Below are positions 50,480 through 62,323 of a stretch of DNA of 64,000 nucleotides, piece by piece; position 1 is the stretch's first letter, and the number at the start of each line of letters is the position of its first letter. Made by a program: the position numbers and the translations under genes. This DNA comes from Glaucostegus cemiculus (taxonomy: Eukaryota): the NCBI GenBank assembly GCA_976551045.1, contig CDPCPM010000030.1:2418001-2482000 (forward strand), given 5' to 3'. The notes beneath the pieces were generated by a model. The model was given only the letters and a program-made list of their open reading frames with translations. It was not told where the DNA came from and made no database searches.

Positions 50480-51114
50480 GTTGGGATATGCGAGGGTGTT
50501 CTAGCATTTGCGCATTAGTCTATGATGTGCATATGACGCACAGTTGAGACTTCTTGGAAAGATTGTGCCTTGCAGCTATGACTGGGCTCAGTGTTAGAGT
50601 TTGTCTTTAGTGTTCTTTGAGTGTGGTGACACTGGGTGTTGGAGAGGGTGAGGAACAATGATGACTTGAGGGAGAGGGTGCAACAGGTAATGTGATGGTA
50701 GACTCAGGCGAGAGAAGAGGACTGATGGAGATTAAAGGGAATAATTACTCAGGAACTGATTGAGGAAAGTGGGATGGGAGCTGTGACAGGATGGAGGGAA
50801 GAGATTGATGTAGAGAAAGTAAACACGGTCCCCGATTGACCACTAACACACCAGAGACTGAAAGCTCAGGTATCAGCCTTGTTAATCATTGAAGGGAACA
50901 AGAATCCCCAAGTTCAGGAACTGAAGCTGAACCTGGCTGTGACTGAGTGCAGTGATCTGGAGGGACACTGCTTCGGAAAGGAGAGATATTGCATAAAGAT
51001 GCATGATGTTGGTTTCTTCAAAAATCCAGCCCACACTTCAACTCACACCGTTCCCAGTCTGATTGTCCTGCTTTGCGTCTTCCAATCTCCCATGTCTCTG
51101 TTTCTTTATTCCAG

Positions 51115-51210
51115 TGTCAGAGACTTCCAACGCGGAACAATCCGGAGGATCATCCAATGGAACATCAACTCAGGAGCCGTCTTCTATCTCAGCAGGAAAC
51201 ATGTCCTCAG
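51115..51210 (+). CDS. Exon A 96 nt VSETSNAEQSGGSSNGTSTQEPSSISAGNMSS
   Basis: tttattccag| ... cag|gtacca. Confidence 0.75.
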
Positions 51211-51342
51211 GTACCAAAACTAATGTCAATGGTGTCATTCAACAAGGATGTGGCCTCGAAGCTCCTGTGAACGATTCACTTGTTAAGCATTTCACCTTGG
51301 CATGATTGATGGTGTTAGGTGCACCCCTACTGCCAATTCCAG

Positions 51343-51366
51343 AAGTGTCTGAGACCTCTGAAAATA
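51343..51366 (+). CDS. Candidate 24-nt microexon M (EVSETSEN)
   Basis: ttccag| ... A|gtggta (weak donor). Confidence 0.25.
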
Positions 51367-51856
51367 GTGGTACACTTTTCCGCAGTGGGAGACCATGGAC
51401 CATAGTGTAGATCATTATGTGGAGCTGGGCCAATAGACTGAGCAGGAGAACAGAGACGTGATGATTGTAGACAAGGCTCTGGAAGTGTCCGTTGGCTGTG
51501 TTTGCAATGACCTTCAGGCCGTTTTAGAGTACAAATTTATAACTTTATGGGTTGTACTGATTGGGTGACTGCAGGAAACATATCCTGATATCATAGGTGA
51601 ATGCAGATGACATCAATTTGACAAAGGTTCAGGTATTTAAAGGGGATTCCAGCAAGATGACTGCACACCAGAGGACACTTGGAGTTTCTGAGTATCAGGG
51701 AGCATGTTGGAGTGTCAGTGCCTTGGAGTACACTGGCGGTTAGGAAAAATGGAGTGCACTCTGGCTCTGAACATAAGAGGGCCTTTGGATATCCCTGTGA
51801 CATCAGAGTGCAAGGAAGGTCAGATACACACCTATGCCTCTGTTCCTTTATTGCAG

Positions 51857-51952
51857 AACTGCAGAATTCCACAATGAAACAGACGAGTGGATCATTAACT
51901 GGAGAGCCTACGCAGGATCCGTCTTCTGTCACCTTGAGTGAGATAGCCTCAG
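51857..51952 (+). CDS. Exon B 96 nt ELQNSTMKQTSGSLTGEPTQDPSSVTLSEIAS
   Basis: tttattgcag| ... cag|gtgcta. Confidence 0.7.
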
Positions 51953-53246
51953 GTGCTATGTCTTGAGTGTTTGATGTTTCAAACAATCTCTCTGGTGCCA
52001 TGATATAGCACTTACTGCAGACTGATTCACCTTCATGGCGTGCATTGCCGCAGGGAGGTGAATAACGGTGCTGGTCGTTTATCTCTCCCCGCTGTGCCTA
52101 TCTTTTGTAACAACTGAGATCTCCACGGAGGACATTCAACACCTTAGTGTCAGCGTCATTCATGGGTCTGGATGATATTTGTTGGCAGGCCGAACAGCAG
52201 AACTGAGGCTTGAGGTTTGGACACTGTGGGAATATAAATGGGGATATTTCAGTCAACTTCAGGAATAAATAGGATCTGGGTGAGGGAGCGGACGGGAAGC
52301 TTCACCGATCCTGACAGCCAAGGCTGACAACCAGCGGTAAGATTATGAATCTAAATTTATTCACGGGCATGGATTTCAGGATGTGTGGTCTTTCGCGGAT
52401 CACTGGCTGAGTCCGGGATGGTTGAATGTGAGGAAATTGGATGGTGTGGCTGAGGGGTAGGAGACTGGTCATGGTATGGGTGCGCGGGGATGCCTGGTGA
52501 TTTGATGCACATATGAGGGGTGAAAATATACTCGACCCTTGAACTGTGGAATTATAAGAGGGTAAATGGAGATTACTGACTTTAGAAGTCCCGGGGCATT
52601 ACGGCCTGTATGAACTGTTGGGGTATGAAAGGACGTTGTAGTATAAGGACAGCAGAGAATGTTGTACGTTTGAAGCAATGTTGTGTCTTTGTGGAAAGCT
52701 TGTGTCGTGGAGCAATGACTGGTGTCAGCAACTGTGGTTGTCTTTGGTAGTCTTTGAGTGTGGTGACACCGACTGTTCAAACCGATGAGCAAGAATGATG
52801 AATTGAGTAGAGGGTGTAACCGAGTATGTGATGCACAGAATTAGGTCAGAGAGGAGGACTGATGGAGATGAGAGGGAATAATTACTCAGGAAATTATTGA
52901 GGAAGGAAGTATGTGAACTGTGACACGATGGCGGGGAGAGATTGTTGGAGAGTCACGGTCCGTGATTGTCCAGAAACATAGCAGTGTCTGCAAGCTCTGG
53001 TATCAGCTGTGTGGATCATTAAATTGAAACCCCATCCCCAACGTCAAGGCACCGAAGCTGAAGTTGACTGTGACTGAGAGGAGTGATCTGGAGGGACAGA
53101 GCTTCGGAAGGAAGAAATATTGAACGGAGATGCAGCATATTGGTTTCTTCACAGATCCAGCCCCTTTCTTCCCCAATCACCTTTCCCACTCTGATTGTCC
53201 TGCTTTGCTGCTTCCAATTTCCAATGTCTCTCTTCCTTTATTCCAG

Positions 53247-53342
53247 TCCCAGAGACTTCCAAAAACGAAAAATCTGGAGGATCATTCAAAGGAGCATCAA
53301 CTCATGAACCGTCTTCAATCCCAGCAGGAACCACGTCCTCAG
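53247..53342 (+). CDS. Exon A 96 nt VPETSKNEKSGGSFKGASTHEPSSIPAGTTSS
   Basis: tttattccag| ... cag|gtagca. Confidence 0.72.
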
Positions 53343-53995
53343 GTAGCAAGACTTATGTCAATGACGTCATTCAGCAAGGCTGTTGCCTCGAAGCACCTGG
53401 AAACGATTTAATTGTTGCATGTGCATTTTAACATGACATGATTGATGGTGTTATATCCACTCTTGCTGCCAATTTCAGAAGTGCCTGAGACCTCTTAAAA
53501 GGGTGGGTGCACTTTCCTTGAACGCGCAACCATGAATGGAAGCTGGTGGAGATCACCATGTGGAGGTGGGTCAGTGGACGAGTAGGAGGAATGAGAACTG
53601 GTGTTTGTAGTCAAGGGATAGAAAGTGGCTGTGGGAGTGTTTGGAGTGACGTTCAGGCAGGATTTACAAGACAAATTTATATATTTATGATCTGTACTGA
53701 CTGGTCTGGCGGCAGGAAACATGTCCTGTTATCAGAAGGGTATACAGAGGACATAATTTCGTCAAGGATTCAGATATTTAGAAGGGTGTTCAGCAGGATG
53801 TCAGAACAACAGTGGACATTTTGAGTACCTGGGTATCAGGGATCATGTTGGAGTGTCAGTGTCTTTAAGCAAACTGTCCGTTGAGAAGAAAGTAGTGGAG
53901 TTTGGCTCGGAACATATGAGGACCTGTGAATATCCTGTGACATCAGAGTGTAAGGAGGTTCGGATGCACTCCTATGCCTTTGTCCTTTAATCCAG

Positions 53996-54091
53996 ACCTG
54001 AAGACCTCCGTAATGGAACAGCCGAGTGTTCCATCAACTGAAGAGCCAACGCAGGAATCGATCTCTCTCCCCTTGGGTGAGACAGCCTCTG
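53996..54091 (+). CDS. Exon B 96 nt DLKTSVMEQPSVPSTEEPTQESISLPLGETAS
   Basis: tttaatccag| ... ctg|gtgcta (weak donor). Confidence 0.6.
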
Positions 54092-54236
54092 GTGCTAAGT
54101 CTTGAGTTGTCTGTTGTTTCTCAGATGTTGTGATATAGCGCTTAAGGCACACTGACTCACCTTCGTGGCGTGCATTGCCGCAGGGAGGTGAATAACGGTG
54201 TCGTTGTCTATCCATCCTCTCTGTGCCGATCTTCAG

Positions 54237-54275
54237 TGGCATCTGTCGTCTCCATGGTTGACATACAGCACCTTC
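54237..54275 (+). CDS. Candidate 39-nt exon D (VASVVSMVDIQHL)
   Basis: tcttcag| ... |gtacga. Confidence 0.3.
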
Positions 54276-55354
54276 GTACGAGCCTCATTCATGGGTCTGT
54301 ATGAAATTGGTTGGCAGCCCGGACAGCAGAACTGAGACCTGAGTTTAGGTAACTGGGGAAATTGAAGTGGTGATGTTTCAGTTAACTTCATGAACAAATG
54401 TGTTCTGTGTGAGATAGTTGACGGGCGTCTCCACTAATGCTGACAGCCAAGGTTGACAACCAGCGGCAAGGTTATGAATATAAATTCGTTCACTGGCATG
54501 GATATCACGGCTTTGGGGATCACTGGCTAATCCTTGGATGATTAAATGTGAGGGGTTTGCAAGATGTCCCTGAGGGAAAGGAGCCGAGTCGTCATACGGG
54601 TGTGCGGGGATGCCTGGTTGTCTGATACATAAATGTAGGGGTGGAAATACACTGATCACTTGAACAGTGGGTATATTATAGGATACGTGGAGGTTATTGA
54701 CTTTAGGAGGCCTGGGTTAGAATGAAGTGTATGAATTTTTGGGGTATGAGAGGGTGTTCTTGGATTCGGATATCAGAGAATGATGTGTGCATGAAGCAAT
54801 GTTGAGCCTTTGTAGAAAGCTTGTGTCTTGGAGCTTTGACTGGTGTCTGTAACTGAGGTACACATTGGTGGTCTTTGAGTGTGGTGACACTGAATGTTGT
54901 TCACGGTGAGGTAGAGTGATGACGAGGGTAAGTGTGTAACTGGTATTGTGGTGGACAGATTTAGGTCAGATAAGAGGTCTGATGGTAATTGAAGGGAATG
55001 ATGATTGAGGAAGGTGGGATGACTGCTGTGACAGGATGGGAGGAAAGATTGGTGAAGGAGAGACACTGTCCCTGATTGACAACTTACCATCCAGAGTCTG
55101 AAAGGTCTGGTATCAGCGGTGTGGATCATTGATTAGAACACGAATCCGCAAGGTCAGGCACTGAGGTTGAACCTGGCTGTGACTAAGAGGAGTGATATTT
55201 TGATCTCCGGAAGAGAGAGATATTGAACGGAGATACATGATGCTGGTTTCTCCACAGGTCCAGCGCCCTCTTCCCCAAATACCTTTCCCAGTCTGATTGT
55301 CCTGCTTTGCGGCTTCCAAACTCCCATGTCTCTCTTCCTTTATTCCATTCCCAG

Positions 55355-55444
55355 AGACATCCAAAGTTGAACAATCTAGTGGATCGTCCAATGGAGCATC
55401 AATACAGGGCCCATCTTCTATCCCAGCAGGAAACACGTCTTCAG
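55355..55444 (+). CDS. Type A exon using a backup acceptor (90 nt) ETSKVEQSSGSSNGASIQGPSSIPAGNTSS
   Basis: Primary CAG>CAT; in-frame tcccag| 6 nt downstream; donor cag|gtacca. Confidence 0.5.
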
Positions 55445-55475
55445 GTACCAAGACTTATATCAAAGGGGTCATTTA

Positions 55476-55749
55476 TATGGGCTACACGATAGCTTAGCGG
55501 TTAGCGCGACGCTGTTACAGCGCCAGCGATCGGGGTTCGATTCCCGTCGCTGTCTGTAAGGAGTTTGTACATTCTCCCGTGTCTGTGTGGGTTTCCTCCG
55601 GGTACCCCCGTTTCCTCCCACATTCTGATAGACCTACGGGTAGGTTAGTTTGGGGATTTAAAATGGGTGGCGTGGAATGGGAGGGCCGAAAGGGCCTGTT
55701 ACCACGCTGTAAATAAAATATTAATAAAATGTTAAAAGTAAAAAAGTTA
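55476..55749 (+). mobile_element. tRNA-derived V-SINE (resembles the elasmobranch HE1 type)
   Basis: Pol III A box TAGCTTAGCGG (55490-55500) and B box GGTTCGATTCC (55534-55544); V-domain ggagtttgtacattctcccgtgtctgtgtgggtttcctccggg..tttcctccca; LINE-like gggccgaaagggcctg; A-rich tail; TSD ATTTA at 55471-55475 and 55750-55754. Confidence 0.9.
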
Positions 55750-55859
55750 ATTTAGTAAGTATGTGTCCTCGAAGCTCCTGTAAACCATACATTTGTTAGA
55801 TGTGAATTTAGGCTTCACCTGATTGATGGTGATCGTTCTACCACTGCTGCCAATTTCAG

Positions 55860-55883
55860 AAGTGCCTGAGGCGTCTGAAAAGG
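55860..55883 (+). CDS. Candidate 24-nt microexon M (EVPEASEK)
   Basis: tttcag| ... |gtggat. Confidence 0.35.
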
Positions 55884-56367
55884 GTGGATGCACTTTCCCG
55901 GAATGCGTAACGATGGTCGGAGGCTGGTGTAGATCACGTTGTGGTCGTGGGTCAGTGAACCGAGCAGTGGGACTGAGACCCTGCGTTTGTGGTCAAAGGA
56001 CAGGAAGTGGCCAGTGGGTGTGTTTTGAGTGTCATTCAGGCAGGATTTACGAAACGAATTTATAAATTTTTCGCTTTACTGATTGGTTCGACTGCAGGAA
56101 ACATGTCCTGTTATCAGAAGGAAATACAGAGGACATCAATTCGGCAAGGGTTCATATATTTGGAGGGATTTCAGCAAGTTGTCTGCACAGCAGAGAACAC
56201 TTGGACTGTCTGGGTATCAGGGAGCATGTTGGAGTGTCAGTGCCTTGGAGTACACTGGAGGTTAGGAAGAATGGAGTGCACTCTGGCTCTGAACATAAGA
56301 GGGCCTTTCGATATCCCTGTGATGGGAGGGTCGGATCCATTCTCATGCCTCTGTTCGTTTATTACAG

Positions 56368-56463
56368 ACCTGAAGACTTCTCCAATGGAGCAACCGAGTG
56401 GATCATCAACTGGAGAGCCCACGCAGGAACCGTCCTCTGTTCACTTGACTGAGAGACCCTCAG
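56368..56463 (+). CDS. Exon B 96 nt DLKTSPMEQPSGSSTGEPTQEPSSVHLTERPS
   Basis: tttattacag| ... cag|gtacta. Confidence 0.75.
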
Positions 56464-57431
56464 GTACTAAGTCTCCTCGGTGGACATTCAGCACCTTGGT
56501 ATGATCCTCATTCATGGGTGGAGATGAGATTTGTTGGCATCCAGAGTAGCAGAACTGAGATCTGAGGTTTGGTAACTGGGGGACCTTGCATAGTCACTGT
56601 GGATGTTTTCAGTCAACATCAGTAATTAATGGTATCTGGTTGAGGGAGAGGACAGGACGCTTCGCCGATGCGGACAGCCGAGAGTGACAACCAGCGGCAA
56701 GGTTATGAGTATCATTTTTTTTCACTGGCGTGGATATCAGGACATGTGATCTTTCGACGTTCAGTGGCTGAGCCTGGAATTATTGAATGTAAGGAGTTTG
56801 GATGTTGTGGCTGAGGGATAGGAAACTGGTCATTGTTTGGATGCGCGGGAAGCCTGTTGGTTTGCGGCACTGATGGTGTTGCGGAAATAAACTGGACACT
56901 TTATCTGTGGGAATATTGGAGGTTACGTGGAGGTTAGTGACTTTCGGAGGCCTGGGGTATCATGGCTTGATGACTTGAGGGAAAGGGTGTAACTGGAACT
57001 GTGACGGACAACTTTGTTCAGAGAGGTGGACTGATGGGGATGAGAGGGAATATGTACTTAGGAAATGATTTAGGGACGTAGAATGGGAACTGTGCCAGAT
57101 TGGAGGAGAATTTTGATGAATGGAAAGGAGAGACACGGTCCCTGCTTGACAACAAACATACCAGAGTCTGCAAGCACTGATATCAGCAGTGTGGACCCTT
57201 GAAGGGATCACGAATCCCCAACTTAAGGTACTAAAGCTGAACCTGGCTGTGATTGAGAGGAGTGATGTGGAGGGACAGAGCTTCGGAAGGAAGAGATATT
57301 GAACTGAGAAGCATGATGCTGATTTCCCCTCAGATCCCACCTCCTCTTGTGCAAACACTTTTCCTAGTCTGATTGTCCTGCCTTGCCGTCTTACAAACTC
57401 CCATGTCTCTCTTCCTTTATTCCATTCCCAG

Positions 57432-57521
57432 ACACTTCCAACATAAATCAATCAGGAGCATCATCCAATGGAGCATCAAAACAGGATCCGGCTTCTATCC
57501 CAGCTGGAAATACGTCCTCAG
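57432..57521 (+). CDS. Type A exon using a backup acceptor (90 nt) DTSNINQSGASSNGASKQDPASIPAGNTSS
   Basis: Primary CAG>CAT; in-frame tcccag| 6 nt downstream; donor cag|gtatca. Confidence 0.5.
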
Positions 57522-58072
57522 GTATCAAGACTTATTTCAATGGAGTCATTCAGCATGGATGTAGCCTCGAAGCTCCTGTCAACCATGCATTTGTTAGATA
57601 TGCAGTTCAGCTTGACATGATCAATGGTGTTAGTTCCACCTCTGCGGCCAATTTCGAAAGTGCCCGAGACCTCTGAAAAACGTGGGTGCACTTTCTCGGA
57701 ATGGGCAACCATGGACGGAGGCTGGAGTAGTTCAAGAAGTGGAGGGGGGGCAGTGGATCGAGTAGGAGGACTGTGACCTTGTGTTTGTAGTAAAGGGATA
57801 GAATGTGGCCCCTGCTTGTGTTTCTCGTGACTTTCAGGCAGGATTTGGAAGAACTAATTCATAAATTTATGAGCTGTACTGATTGGTTTGACTGCAGGAA
57901 ACGTGTCTGGGTATCAGGGAGAATGATGAAGTTTTGAAGCCTTGGAGTACCCGGAGGTTAATAAGAATGAGGTCCATCTGGCTCTGAAAGTAAGATGGCC
58001 CATTGATATCCCAATGACATCAGGGTGCAAGGAGGGTCGCATGCACTCCCATCCTCTGTTCCTTTTTTCCAG

Positions 58073-58168
58073 ATCTAAAGACCTCTCTAATGGAACAGCC
58101 GGGTGGTTCTTCAACTGGAGAGAAAACGCAGGAACCGTTTTCCGTCCGCTTGAGTGTGACAGCCTCAG
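58073..58168 (+). CDS. Exon B 96 nt with GC donor DLKTSLMEQPGGSSTGEKTQEPFSVRLSVTAS
   Basis: ttttttccag| ... cag|gcacta (non-canonical, may be inactive). Confidence 0.45.
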
Positions 58169-58323
58169 GCACTAAGTCTTGTGTGTCTGATATTTCATAC
58201 AATCTCTCCGATGCTGTGATATAGCACTTATTGGAGACTGATTCACCTTCGCTGCGTGCATTGCTGCAGGGAGGTGAATGACGGTTTTGAATGTTTCGCT
58301 CTCCTCTCTGTGCCAATCTTCAG

Positions 58324-58362
58324 TAGCATCTGAAGTATCCAAACCTGTCAATCAATACCTTG
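58324..58362 (+). CDS. Candidate 39-nt exon D (VASEVSKPVNQYL)
   Basis: tcttcag| ... ttg|gtatgg. Confidence 0.4.
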
Positions 58363-59493
58363 GTATGGGTCTCATTCATGGGACTGAATGAGATTGGTTG
58401 ACAACCAGAATTTAGACCTGAGTTTTGGTAACTATGAGAATATAAATGGTCACTTGGGGATGTTTAATTCAACTTCTGGAATGAATTGGATCAGAGTGAG
58501 GGAGTGGACGGGTGTCTCTACTGGTGCTGAGAGCCAGAGTTGACAACCAGCTGAAAGCTTATGAACATCAATTTATTCAAAGGTATGGATATCAGGAAAT
58601 GTGGGCATGAGTGTTCACTTTCCGAGTCTGCGCTGATTGAATATGAGGTGTGGAAATGGGGTGGCTAAGGGATAGGGGGTCTGGTCATTTCGTGGGAGGG
58701 GCCAGGTAATCCTGGTGATTTGAGGCACAGAGGGAGGGTTGCAAAAACACTGGACATTACGACTTTGCGAATAATAGAGGGAACGTTGAAGATGTTGAAT
58801 TTGGAAGGTGTTGTGTAGTAGGGTGTTTAGAAAGTGTTGGGTAATGTGAGGGTGTTGTTTAATTTGAGGTTCAGAATATTATCGAGGTTTGAAGCAATGC
58901 TGGGTTTTTCTGGGAAGCTTGTGTCTTGGAGCAATGACTGGGGTCAGGAACAGTGTGGCTTTGGTGGGTTTTGATGGTTGATGCACAGTGCGTGTTGGAG
59001 AGGTGAAGCAGAATGTTGAGTGGCTGGAAAGGGTGTAACTGGGAGAGTGACTGACTGAATTCAGAGAGGAGGACAGACAGAAATGAAAGGCACAGAGACG
59101 GGAGTTTGTCCTCGAGGCGCGGAAAGTGGCCGGTGATTCTGCTGGGAGTGACTTTCAGGCAGGATTTACAAGACAGTGTTATAAAATTATGAGCTGCATG
59201 ATTGGTTTGACTGCAGGAAACATGTCATGTTATAAGAATTGAATACAGAGGACATCAGTTCGGCAAGTGTTCATATATATAGGGGTGATTTCAGCAAGTT
59301 GTCTGCACACCAGATGACTGAGTGTCCGGTATCAGGGTGCATGTTGGAGTGTCCATGTGTTAGAGTGCACTGGACTCTAGGGACAATGGAGAGCACACTG
59401 GCACTCAACATAAGAGGACCATTGGAGGTCCCTGCGACATCAGAGTGCAAGGAGAGTTAGATGCACACCCATGCCTCTGCTCCTTTATTGCAG

Positions 59494-59589
59494 ATCTGAA
59501 GACATCCCCAATGGAACAACCGAGTGGATCATCAACTGGAGAGGCAAAGCAGGAAACGTCCTCTGTCCCCTTGAGTGAGATAGCCTCAG
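59494..59589 (+). CDS. Exon B 96 nt DLKTSPMEQPSGSSTGEAKQETSSVPLSEIAS
   Basis: tttattgcag| ... cag|gtacta. Confidence 0.75.
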
Positions 59590-59742
59590 GTACTATGTCC
59601 TGAGTGTCTACTGTCAGATACAATCTCTGATGCGGTGATATAGCACTTATTGCAGACTGATTCACTTGCGGGGCCTGCTGTGCAGCAGGAAGGCGAATGA
59701 CGGTGCTGGTTGTTTATCAATCCACTCTGTGTCTATATTCAG

Positions 59743-59781
59743 TATCATCTCAGGTCTCCATGTTGGACAACCAGTACCTTG
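59743..59781 (+). CDS. Candidate 39-nt exon D (VSSQVSMLDNQYL)
   Basis: tattcag| ... ttg|gtatta. Confidence 0.35.
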
Positions 59782-60840
59782 GTATTAGCCTCATTCAAAG
59801 GGCAGGATGTGATTGATTGACAGCCAGAGCAGCAGAGCTGAGACATGAGGATTAGTAACTGGGGAAATTTGAGTGTGAATGTTTCATTCAACTTCAGGAA
59901 AGAATGGGATCTGGGTGACGAAGCGACGGCAATCTTCACTGATGCTGAGCGCAAAGGTTGACAACCAGCTGCAAGGTTATGAACACCAATTTATTCACTG
60001 GCATGGATATCAGCAAATGTTGCATCAGGGATTACTGGCTGATCCTGGGCTGATTGAATAGGAAGAGTTGCAATGGGGTGGCCGAGGGAGAGGAGACTGG
60101 TCATTGTTTGGGGATGACCAGGTGCATCTGGTGATCTTAGGCACGGAGGGAGCGGTGGGAATACACTGGCCATTTGGGCTCAGAGAATATTCGAGTGCAA
60201 GCGAAGGTTAATGAATTTGGGAGGCGTGGGCATGAAGTGTTGGCGTGTTGTTGGATTTGGGCATGTTCGTGGTTTGAAGCAATGTTTGGTCTTTCTGGAA
60301 AGCTTGCGTCGTGGATCAATGACTGGGGTCAGGGAGTGAGGATGTCTTTGGTGGGCTTTGAAGGTGGAAGCACTGTGGGTGTTGGAGAGGGTGAAACCGA
60401 ATGAAGCGTGGAGAGGAAGAGTGTAACCGGGAGAGTGGTTGACTGTCTGAGGTCAGAGAGAAGGACAGACGGAAAGCAGAGGGATTATGACTCAGGAATT
60501 GCAAGTGGAAAGAGACATGGACACAGTGACAGGATTGAGGGGAGATGTTGCTAGAGAGAAAGGAGAGACATTATCCCAAATTGATAACATACCCACCAGA
60601 GTCAGCAAGCTGTGGTATCAGCAGCGTGGATCATAGAATGGAACACAGATCCCCAAGTTCCGTCACCAAAGCTGAACCTGGCTGTAACTGAGGGGTACGA
60701 TCTTAGGGACAGAGCTTCGGATGGGATAGTTATTGAACGGAGTTGCATGGTGGTTTCCCAGCAGATCCAGCCCCCTCCCCCCAAGCATCTTTCCCAGTTT
60801 GATTGTCCTTCTCTCCCATCTCTGTCTTCATTTATTCCAG

Positions 60841-60936
60841 ATCCATCGACATCCAAAAGGGAACACTTCGGAGGAGCATCCAGTAGAGCACCAATACAGG
60901 AGCCGTCTTCTCTCCTATCATCAAACACGTCCTCAG
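60841..60936 (+). CDS. Exon A 96 nt DPSTSKREHFGGASSRAPIQEPSSLLSSNTSS
   Basis: tttattccag| ... cag|gtacaa. Confidence 0.72.
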
Positions 60937-61588
60937 GTACAAAAACTGATGTTAATGGGTCATTCAGCAAGTATGTGGCCTCGAAGCGCCTATGAACCAT
61001 TCATTTCTGAGATGTGCATTTCAGTTTGGAATGATTAGTGGTGTTATTTCACACCTGCTGCCACTTTCGGAAGTGCCTGAGACTTCTGAAAAGGGTGGAT
61101 GCACTTTCCTGGAATAGGCAAACATGGACGGAGGCTGCTGTAGATCACGATTTGGAGGCGGGCCAGTTGACCGAGCCAGTGGACTTAGAACTGGTGTTTG
61201 TGGCCAACGGGTAGAAAGATGTTGCGGGTATGTCAGCAGTGACATTCAGGCAGGATGTACAAAGCTAATTTATATCTTTGAGCGGTATTGATTCTCTTAA
61301 CTGCAGGAAACATGTCCTGATATCAGAAGTGAACACAATGGACATTAATTGGGCAAGGGGTCAGATATAGTGAAGGGATTCCAGCATGACGTCTGCACAC
61401 CAGAGGACACTTGGAGTGTCTGGATATCAGGGAGCATGTTGGAGTGTTAGTGCTTTGAATTACACTGTAGGTTAGGAAAATCGTTGTCATCTCTGGCTCT
61501 GAGCATTAGAGGACGCTCTGACACCCCTGTAACATCAGAGCGCAAGGAGCGTCGGATGAACTCCCATGCCTTGCTTTCTTTTTTACAG

Positions 61589-61684
61589 ACTGGAATAATT
61601 CCCCAATGGAGCAGCCGAGTGGAGCATCAACTGGAGATCCAACGCTGGAAAGGACCTCTGTCCCTTTGAGTGAGACAGCCTCAG
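61589..61684 (+). CDS. Exon B 96 nt DWNNSPMEQPSGASTGDPTLERTSVPLSETAS
   Basis: tttttttacag| ... cag|gtacaa. Confidence 0.72.
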
Positions 61685-62246
61685 GTACAAAGTCTTGAGT
61701 GCCTGATATTTCATTACAATCTCTCTGATGCTGTGAAATACAATTATTGCAGACTGATTCACTTTCCTGTCGCACATTGCCGCAGAGAGGTGAGGCCGGT
61801 GTTGATTGTTTTTCTTTCCCCTCTGTGACTATCTTCAGCAGCATCTAACGCCTGACAATCAGCATCTTAGTATGAGCCTCGTACATGAGACAGGATGAGA
61901 TTTGTTGACATCCAGAGCAACAGATTTTAGATCTGAGCATTGTTAACAGTGGGAATATAATTGGTCATTTGGGGATGTTTCATTCTACGAGAGGAAAGCA
62001 TTGGATCTCGGTGATAGATCTGACTGGAATCACCACTGATTCTAAGAGTCAGGGTTGACATCCAGCGGAAAGGTCATGAACATCAATTTGTTCACTGGCA
62101 TGGATATCCGGAAATGTGGGCATCAAGGTTCACTTGTCGAGCCTGCGCTGATTGAATAGGAGTAGTTGCAATGGGGTGCCAGATGGATAGGAGACTGGTC
62201 GTTGTGTGGGTGGGGGTAAATATACATTGTCATATGAGGCACAGAT

Positions 62247-62323
62247 ATGAGCCTTCGTGCAAAGCTACCCATTCCGGGAAAGAGAAACAGCCCTTTGCAG
62301 AGGTCTCAGCTGCATCTGGGATT
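62247..62323 (-). repeat. Inverted ~77-bp insertion copied from the microexon-M region of the array
   Basis: Reverse complement aatcccagatgcagctgagacctctgcaaagggctgtttctctttcccggaatgggtagctttgcacgaaggctc aligns to the M region (e.g. ~29375-29450). Confidence 0.8.
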
